From Candidatus Heimdallarchaeota archaeon (lineage in GTDB: Archaea > Asgardarchaeota > Heimdallarchaeia > Hodarchaeales > Hodarchaeaceae): a stretch of 64,000 bases of DNA. Shown piece after piece: positions 57,915-64,000 of the stretch (the first letter of the stretch is position 1; each line of letters begins with the position of its first letter). Position numbers and translations under genes: made by a program. The stretch covers positions 2,642,155 through 2,706,154 of the forward strand of contig CP070695.1 in the NCBI GenBank assembly GCA_020353515.1. Reading direction: 5' to 3'. A model generated the notes under the pieces. The model worked only from the letters and a program-made list of their open reading frames with translations. It was not told where the DNA came from and made no database searches.

Positions 57915-58664
57915 GTGGTGAGAATCCTGTCTTCGATTAACAAGTTTACTCTTCTTGCTTTCTTATTTACTGGCTTAAATGCAATGTGTGGTCTTATCGG
58001 AATAATTGCATCAATTTACTATTCAAATGACTTACCTTTTCTTCCAATGCAACTATTGATCTTTGGAGCAATCTTTGATTTTCTAGATGGAAGAATAGCT
58101 AAAATGGCTTCTGTAAGCTCTGCATTTGGAGCCTACTTAGATTCCATTGGGGATGTCATTACTTTTGCCATCCTTCCAGGGATTATGCTTCTTAATTCCC
58201 CACTACTTGGGAGTGAAATTGCTGGATTAAACTTGTATATTGCATTGGGAGTTGCGGGTTTTTATTCTTTATGTGGATGGGGACGATTAATACGTTTTGC
58301 CACACGACCCACAGACATTTATTTTGAGGGGCTTCCCTCTCCTGCAGCAGCCCTTTTAGTTGGATCCAGTGCAATTTTAGCAATACAACATGAAATGACC
58401 TGGTTATTTTGGTCCAATGGTCTTCCCCTCACATTTATTACTTTAATAACGGGTATTTTAATGATTTTAACAATAGATTATCCTACACCAAAAAGGGGGA
58501 AAACTCCAGATATGGTGGCTATTGGAATCGCTGGGCTAATTGTAATAATCTTTGTAATTCTCCCCAATACTCTAACTCTTAGTGGTATTCTTTTTATTGC
58601 CTTACTTTACACCATTTTAGGTCCCACTATGTATTTAAAAGTAACAAGCGGCTCGAAAAGATGA
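57915..58664 (+). CDS. pssA: CDP-alcohol:serine transferase (archaetidyl/phosphatidylserine synthase)
   Basis: DFLDGRIA...FG..LDS..D..TF, RL.RF, FEGLPSPAAA. Confidence 0.92.
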   Translation: MVRILSSINKFTLLAFLFTGLNAMCGLIGIIASIYYSNDLPFLPMQLLIFGAIFDFLDGRIAKMASVSSAFGAYLDSIGDVITFAILPGIMLLNSPLLGSEIAGLNLYIALGVAGFYSLCGWGRLIRFATRPTDIYFEGLPSPAAALLVGSSAILAIQHEMTWLFWSNGLPLTFITLITGILMILTIDYPTPKRGKTPDMVAIGIAGLIVIIFVILPNTLTLSGILFIALLYTILGPTMYLKVTSGSKR

Positions 58665-58745
58665 TTAGTTAATTAAAAATCTTAGATATTCCTGTCATAT
58701 CATATTATTCCACTACAAGTCTTGTTAAAGGGTCGTATCTTCTTT

Positions 58746-59669
58746 TTAATTACCTCGCATTAGATCTAAGACAATTCTTGTTAAAGTATCCTCTATTTCT
58801 GTTTGTTGGAATAGCATTTTCAAGAAATTGTTCAAGTCAGTTAAATTTGGATGTCGAGTTTTTAATAAAAGAGAATATTCTTGGTTTGTTCGATAAACAT
58901 TCAGAACACGTTCATCCTGCAAACAATAATTAATTACAGTTCGATATCTCAATGGAGCTTTGACTTGTATGTATGAATGGATGTACCTTTCTTTCCAATA
59001 GGGAGTATTTATTGAATATCCCAAGATAAAATTCTCTTTTTTCCATTTTTTTAATTTTCGGTAAATAGTAGGCTGGTTATCTTTTAATTTTTCAGCTATT
59101 TTATAAGTGGAAGGAGGAAAATCAAATGTTTCTCCTAATTTCTGAATTGAAAGGAGTGTTTCTAATTCTTCGGATTTAAGTTGACTTTTCAATTCTGGAA
59201 TTGGTATCCCATTTTCTTTGTGAGCCTCAATAACTTCGATCATTTGGTATTTTTGAAAACCAGTCTCCCCGATGAGCTCATAGAGATGATCCAAAGACTT
59301 CAAAAATTCCGTTGTATTTGGAAAATGAAATCTACAAATAAGTGAAAATTCTCCTGTGATACCTTCTAAAGTGCTTAACGAGTTCTGATCGTAACTGCTT
59401 AATAATTCATCGACTACTAGAGGTTCATTTGGATTTGTTTTAAAAAGAAGAAAAAATATGCGCTGTTGATGTGACAGAGGATTTAACACTAGCTGCCAAG
59501 ATTTTATTAAACCCTTTTTTCGCATATCTAGTATTTGTTTTCGTAACCACGTTGATGAAAGCCCAATTTCTGCTGCAACACCCTGCAGCGAGGAATACCG
59601 TCGTGTACTTAAAGCACGTAAAATGTTTTCGATCAGTTCGGTAGATTTTGGATTTTTCAACATATTCAC
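58746..59669 (-). CDS. Tandem-duplicated Lrp/AsnC transcriptional regulator
   Basis: Two HTH+RAM units (ITGEFSL; T.TRIVL), divergent from ahcY. Confidence 0.85.
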   Translation of the reverse strand: MNMLKNPKSTELIENILRALSTRRYSSLQGVAAEIGLSSTWLRKQILDMRKKGLIKSWQLVLNPLSHQQRIFFLLFKTNPNEPLVVDELLSSYDQNSLSTLEGITGEFSLICRFHFPNTTEFLKSLDHLYELIGETGFQKYQMIEVIEAHKENGIPIPELKSQLKSEELETLLSIQKLGETFDFPPSTYKIAEKLKDNQPTIYRKLKKWKKENFILGYSINTPYWKERYIHSYIQVKAPLRYRTVINYCLQDERVLNVYRTNQEYSLLLKTRHPNLTDLNNFLKMLFQQTEIEDTLTRIVLDLMRGN

Positions 59670-59796
59670 TAAATGTAAAATGAATCATTTTTGAATATAT
59701 ATATATATTATTATTCTGTTTATAACACTTTATCTGGCCAATATGTATTAAACTAAAATTCTTGCTCTGAATCTTGAATAAAAATCTTAGAAATGT

Positions 59797-61161
59797 TTGA
59801 TTTTTGGTGATTTTATCTTGACGATTGAAACAGAGAAAGGTGAAACATACGAGATAAGAGATTTTTCCCTTAAAAATGAAGGATTAAAAACCATGGAATG
59901 GGCTGCAAGTCGAATGCCTGTTCTTCAGTTTATAAAAAAACGATTTGAAGAAGATAAGCCATTTAAAGGAATACGAATTGGAGCATGTCTTCATGTCACT
60001 AAAGAGACATCACAATTATGCGAAGCATGGCTCGCAGGAGGAGCAGAAGTTTACCTCTGTGCTTCAAATCCTTTATCATCCCAAGATGAGATAACAGCCG
60101 CCCTTGTTTCAAAAGGTGTCAATGTTTATGCGTGGAAATTTATGGACACCGAAGGATATTATCGAGCTATTGGCCATGTCATTAACGCTAGACCACATAT
60201 TACTATTGATGATGGTGCCGATTTAGTCTCAATTCTTCATAAACTAAAGCGAGGGGAAAGAGATGAGGAAGTAGAAATTGTTCAAAAGATCATTGGTGAT
60301 GTAACTGATATCATCGATGGAGTATGGGGTGGAGCAGAAGAAACGACAACAGGAATCATTCGCCTCCAAGCCATGGCAGATGACGGAGCCCTACTATACC
60401 CCATAATGGCAACCAACTCCTCTCCTAGTAAAAATTTGTTTGACAATGTGTACGGTACTGGTCAATCCAGTATTGATGGGATTCTAAGAGCAACAGCAGA
60501 TCTGATTGCATCAAAAGTGTTTGTAATAGCAGGATATGGCCATTGTGGAAAGGGGGTTGCAATGCGAGCCAAGGGTATGGGTGCAAGCCGGGTCATCATC
60601 ACAGAAATAGAACCTCACGCAGCATTGCAAGCAGTTATGGAAGGCATGGAAGTGATGCCTATGATCGAAGCAGCAAAGATTGCTGACATTATTATCACTG
60701 CAACGGGTTGTAAGGATGTTGTACGCAAAGAACACTTTGAAGTAATGAAGGACGGAGTAATTGCTTGTAATACAGGTCACTTTAATGTTGAGATTAATAT
60801 CCCTGATTTAGACTCATTAGCTGAGAATAAAGTAAAAATTCGTCCATTTGTCGATCAGTATACTATGGAAGATGGGAGAAAAATTAATCTCCTCGGTGAA
60901 GGGCGACTCATCAACTTAGCAGCAGCAGAAGGACATAGCCCTGAGATCATGGACACGAGCTTTGCCCTGCAAGCTCTCGCAACTGAATATATCTTAAAAA
61001 ACAAGGAGCAGCTTAAAAATATTGGTGGGAGAGTTATTCAGATTCCCGATGATATTGACAATAATGTAGCTTTATTAAAATGTAAGGCATTAGGTATAAA
61101 TCTTGATATTCTGACGCCTGGACAAGAAAAATATCTTTCAAGTTGGCACGTGGGAACGTAA
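59797..61161 (+). CDS. ahcY: S-adenosylhomocysteine hydrolase
   Basis: CLHVTKET, SNPLS, DDGAD, EETTTG, FDNVYGTG, GYGHCGKG, GRLINL. Confidence 0.98.
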   Translation: MIFGDFILTIETEKGETYEIRDFSLKNEGLKTMEWAASRMPVLQFIKKRFEEDKPFKGIRIGACLHVTKETSQLCEAWLAGGAEVYLCASNPLSSQDEITAALVSKGVNVYAWKFMDTEGYYRAIGHVINARPHITIDDGADLVSILHKLKRGERDEEVEIVQKIIGDVTDIIDGVWGGAEETTTGIIRLQAMADDGALLYPIMATNSSPSKNLFDNVYGTGQSSIDGILRATADLIASKVFVIAGYGHCGKGVAMRAKGMGASRVIITEIEPHAALQAVMEGMEVMPMIEAAKIADIIITATGCKDVVRKEHFEVMKDGVIACNTGHFNVEINIPDLDSLAENKVKIRPFVDQYTMEDGRKINLLGEGRLINLAAAEGHSPEIMDTSFALQALATEYILKNKEQLKNIGGRVIQIPDDIDNNVALLKCKALGINLDILTPGQEKYLSSWHVGT

Positions 61162-61256
61162 TAATCCATCTTCTATCCGTATTTCATACTTTCTTCCTTT
61201 TTTTAGCTTGATACTGATTTTCACACTATAAGGTAATCCTGAAATTACTCGCTCGG

Positions 61257-61475
61257 GTAATGAAGGTAGGATCCCTTTGTAATATTGCCATTCATTCTTA
61301 GAAATCACACTCATATTTTTTCATTCACAACCGTGTGAAATGATAAATTATATTAATCTCCATATACATTGGGGCAACCTATCCCTTATACTCCTTCCCA
61401 TGAGACACCTTGATAGAAATAATTTGAAGAGCTACTCTTCTAGGAGGCAATTATTCATGAATCCTCCCCCTCTAC
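61257..61475 (-). ncRNA. Candidate structured ncRNA (about 220 nt), family unknown
   Basis: Ends pair with G-U wobbles (GUAG.GGGG.AGGAUUC / GGAUCCU.CCUU..UUAC); several internal hairpins. Confidence 0.35.
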
Positions 61476-61522
61476 TCTGAAATCGTATTATAAGAGCATA
61501 TTATTGCTCTCATGAACCCACC

Positions 61523-62359
61523 TTAACCCATTCTATCCTGTAAATGAGTGTCCATGAAATCATACATCGCTGATTTCGTTTTTGCAATTATTAACTGCTC
61601 TTTAAAAAGGCAAATAAAAGATTGAAGAGCTTTTTGATCATAATCGAACTTGAACTCTTGATATTGTATATCCTCTAAGATCAGGTTCTCTGGAGGAGCC
61701 GCAGCAGGTTTAATTTTTGCAGGTTCTGGGCTTAGTAGCTGGTAAGTGTATTCCAAATCATGCAGACCTGTTGACACTTCGATTAAATGGCCGATAATTC
61801 TCCTGATCTGTTGCCAAAGAAATGAATTCGAAGCTAATCGAATTTGGTAGGTACTATCCCCTACAACTATAATTTTAGCCAATTTTATATCTTTAGTTGT
61901 ATTAATTTCTTTTGTAGGATCTTTTTTTGCGAAATTATGAAAATTATGACGTCCAACAAACATTTCTAACATTTTAGTAGCGAGAGAATGATCAAATTTC
62001 CCATCAACAGTTAAAAAATAGGAATAAGTACGTAATTGTGCATCTCGACGAGGATGAAAATCTGAGGATACCTCTGTGAAACTCAGCACTCGAATCGATT
62101 CAGGGAGATAAGAGTTTATCTCAGAAAGAATAGGTGGTTGTTTAGTGTTTAATGCAATAACTTGGCTAAGTGCTCCTACACCACGATCGGTACGACTGGC
62201 ATAATGTATTTGTTGGTCTAGCTTCGGATCAATCAGTCGTGCTTTTTTGAACGCTGAAAACACAACCGTAAAGATGTTTTTAGGGTCATGTAATTGGTGG
62301 CTGAATCCTGAATAATTCCGGGAGGGTAGGTACCCTAAACAAATTGCATATCTCTTCAT
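61523..62359 (-). CDS. truA: tRNA pseudouridine(38-40) synthase TruA
   Basis: SRTDRGV.A..Q, F.PR, G.HNF.NF, SFLWQQIRR. Confidence 0.95.
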   Translation of the reverse strand: MKRYAICLGYLPSRNYSGFSHQLHDPKNIFTVVFSAFKKARLIDPKLDQQIHYASRTDRGVGALSQVIALNTKQPPILSEINSYLPESIRVLSFTEVSSDFHPRRDAQLRTYSYFLTVDGKFDHSLATKMLEMFVGRHNFHNFAKKDPTKEINTTKDIKLAKIIVVGDSTYQIRLASNSFLWQQIRRIIGHLIEVSTGLHDLEYTYQLLSPEPAKIKPAAAPPENLILEDIQYQEFKFDYDQKALQSFICLFKEQLIIAKTKSAMYDFMDTHLQDRMG

Positions 62360-63462
62360 TAAACTTCTCCAATCTTTCTTATATTCATAATTTTTTGGAT
62401 TTGAGAGTGATTTTCTTCATAGAAATCGAACAGTAGCTTCTTAATTCCCTCCTTTTGGTTCATTGACAAGATATGAATATCATCTCTAGGAAAGTTTTGT
62501 TTTAAGAAGACTTGAAGTTCCATTTTTTGGCTTTCAGTAAGCAAGTCTGCTTTACTACAAATTAGTAATATTGGTACTTCTTGAAAATTTTGGTTAATTT
62601 GATTAAATAGGTTTTTTTGGGAAATAAGAGATTCATACTGAGTAAAATCAAAAATAAAAACAATTGCTGTAGCTAAAGTTTTCAAAGCCGCGATAGCTCG
62701 TAATTCAATCTCATTCCGTTCTTCTAAGGACCGATCAAGAATCCCAGGAGTATCTACTATTTGTGCTGGAATATGACTAATTGGAAGTTTAGAGTTAGCA
62801 GAAATATAAATAGGGATCTTTAGATGACCTAATGTTACTTCTTTCGTGGTAAAGGGATATGCTCCTATTTCAGGTGTTGCTGATGTTACTGCGTTCACTA
62901 AAGAACTTTTTCCAACATTAGGATACCCTGCTATACATATTGTTGGTTGGTCTAAATCTATTCCTGGCATCCCACGCATTCGAGTTCTCACAGTTTCTAT
63001 AAACTCTAATCTTTTGTCTAGTTTAATGATTACTGACCTCATCCGCCCGAATGCAGCTCTTCGTAATTTTTTGGCTTCTATAACTGAATTCGCATGCCAA
63101 ACGTCTCCAAGATGCTCTCGTTTAATCTTCCAAATGACATCTGCAGCCCCAGAAAACGATCCCAAAGTTTTTCGAATCTTATCAAGATTGAAACTAATAT
63201 CTAATATTTCTACATAAAAGCTAGTAATAAATTCTGCTTCTAAACGTGGAAATTCTTCAACTATTCGGAATAAGCGGCTTCGTAGTTCTTTAGAAAGCAG
63301 TTCAATTCGTGTTGCTTCTTTTCTTCGAATTCTTCGTAATAATGGTACGCTTTCAGATGTCCCTCTAATTGATGTTTTCATTACATTGTTTTTTGCCATC
63401 AAAAAGAGCTTATTAGCTCGGGGAATAGGGATTATAGAGCGAAAAGGATTTGTTGATGGCAT
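62359..63462 (-). CDS. NOG1-family ribosome-biogenesis GTPase
   Basis: GYPNVGKSS, YPFTTK, DTPG.LDR...ERN.IE; start placed at ATG 63462. Confidence 0.93.
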   Translation of the reverse strand: MPSTNPFRSIIPIPRANKLFLMAKNNVMKTSIRGTSESVPLLRRIRRKEATRIELLSKELRSRLFRIVEEFPRLEAEFITSFYVEILDISFNLDKIRKTLGSFSGAADVIWKIKREHLGDVWHANSVIEAKKLRRAAFGRMRSVIIKLDKRLEFIETVRTRMRGMPGIDLDQPTICIAGYPNVGKSSLVNAVTSATPEIGAYPFTTKEVTLGHLKIPIYISANSKLPISHIPAQIVDTPGILDRSLEERNEIELRAIAALKTLATAIVFIFDFTQYESLISQKNLFNQINQNFQEVPILLICSKADLLTESQKMELQVFLKQNFPRDDIHILSMNQKEGIKKLLFDFYEENHSQIQKIMNIRKIGEV

Positions 63463-63493
63463 ATATAGACATCCTGTGAGACAGGGAGCGATT

Positions 63494-64000
63494 TTAATCA
63501 GTTTCATGTAAAATATCTTGCAATCGATTTAATCCATCAATCGATTCAATGATATTCCATACTGCTTTGGGCACCATATGACTCCATTTAGTCCCTTCAG
63601 CCATATGTTTTCTAATTTGAGCGCCCTTAAAATCAACACGGTTAAAAGGGCCAGTAGATCGTACTTCCATACCTGCCTCCATAAATAATCGCCGTGTTAG
63701 ACTATTATTTGTATAAATTCGTCTGAAAGGAGGGCAATAGCTGCGTAGGTGACTCACCCACACAGAATTGCGATGTATATCGGGAATGGTAACAATATAT
63801 ACCCGCTCTAGAGGAATATCTAATTCTTTCATTGCTGCCCGAATCATCAACACCCTCTCTCCAGCGGTAAACGGATCTGAAACTGTGTGAGATTGTTGAG
63901 TGCTTCCGATAGCAATGATTATTTCATCTTCTTGTTCCAAAATATCCTGAACAGCTTTTAGATGGCCTTTGTGAAAAGGATTAAATCTACCAACAAAAAG
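63494..64000 (-). CDS. nadM: Nicotinamide-nucleotide adenylyltransferase (5' end outside the window)
   Basis: Frame continues to the window edge: LFVGRFNPFHKGH...IGS.Q.SH...DPFTAGER. Confidence 0.95.
   Translation of the reverse strand, partial: LFVGRFNPFHKGHLKAVQDILEQEDEIIIAIGSTQQSHTVSDPFTAGERVLMIRAAMKELDIPLERVYIVTIPDIHRNSVWVSHLRSYCPPFRRIYTNNSLTRRLFMEAGMEVRSTGPFNRVDFKGAQIRKHMAEGTKWSHMVPKAVWNIIESIDGLNRLQDILHETD

Noticed and set aside
61257-61475. RNase P RNA or SRP RNA
   Set aside because: No GAGGAAAGUCC-type core and no SRP helix-8 motif found, so it is kept only as an unknown candidate.
1-64000. CRISPR array, rRNA, integrase or provirus, selenoprotein
   Set aside because: No regularly spaced repeats, rRNA signatures, recombinase genes or convincing in-frame UGA/SECIS pairs were seen by eye.

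Overview
Low-GC archaeal chromosomal window. Gene content and several eukaryote-like proteins point to an Asgard archaeon, probably Heimdallarchaeia-like; this lineage call is inference only. Most of the window is housekeeping: ribosomal proteins, aRF1, SRP54, many tRNA-modifying enzymes, a modified (AcnX/UbiD) mevalonate operon with a frameshifted ubiD, pgk, glmS, pyrH, prs, ahcY, and atpA-psd-pssA. An AT-rich accessory island at about 0.5-8.3 kb carries an opine dehydrogenase, a B12 mutase-like gene, a RuvC-less TnpB derivative and an EamA transporter. The most striking signal is non-coding. Hand-parsing gives 10 tRNA genes carrying 17 bulge-helix-bulge (BHB)-type introns, 9 of them at non-canonical sites. 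These include a tRNA-Met with four introns and a tRNA-Phe with three, with micro-exons of 8-10 nt. Other highlights are a type IA topoisomerase whose Cys-rich tail is collinear with eukaryotic TOP3B, candidate presenilin-, DPM2-, profilin-, Vps28-CTD- and SWS1-like proteins, a k-turn in the L7Ae leader, and several candidate structured RNAs. All homology calls were made by eye from motifs; no database search was run.
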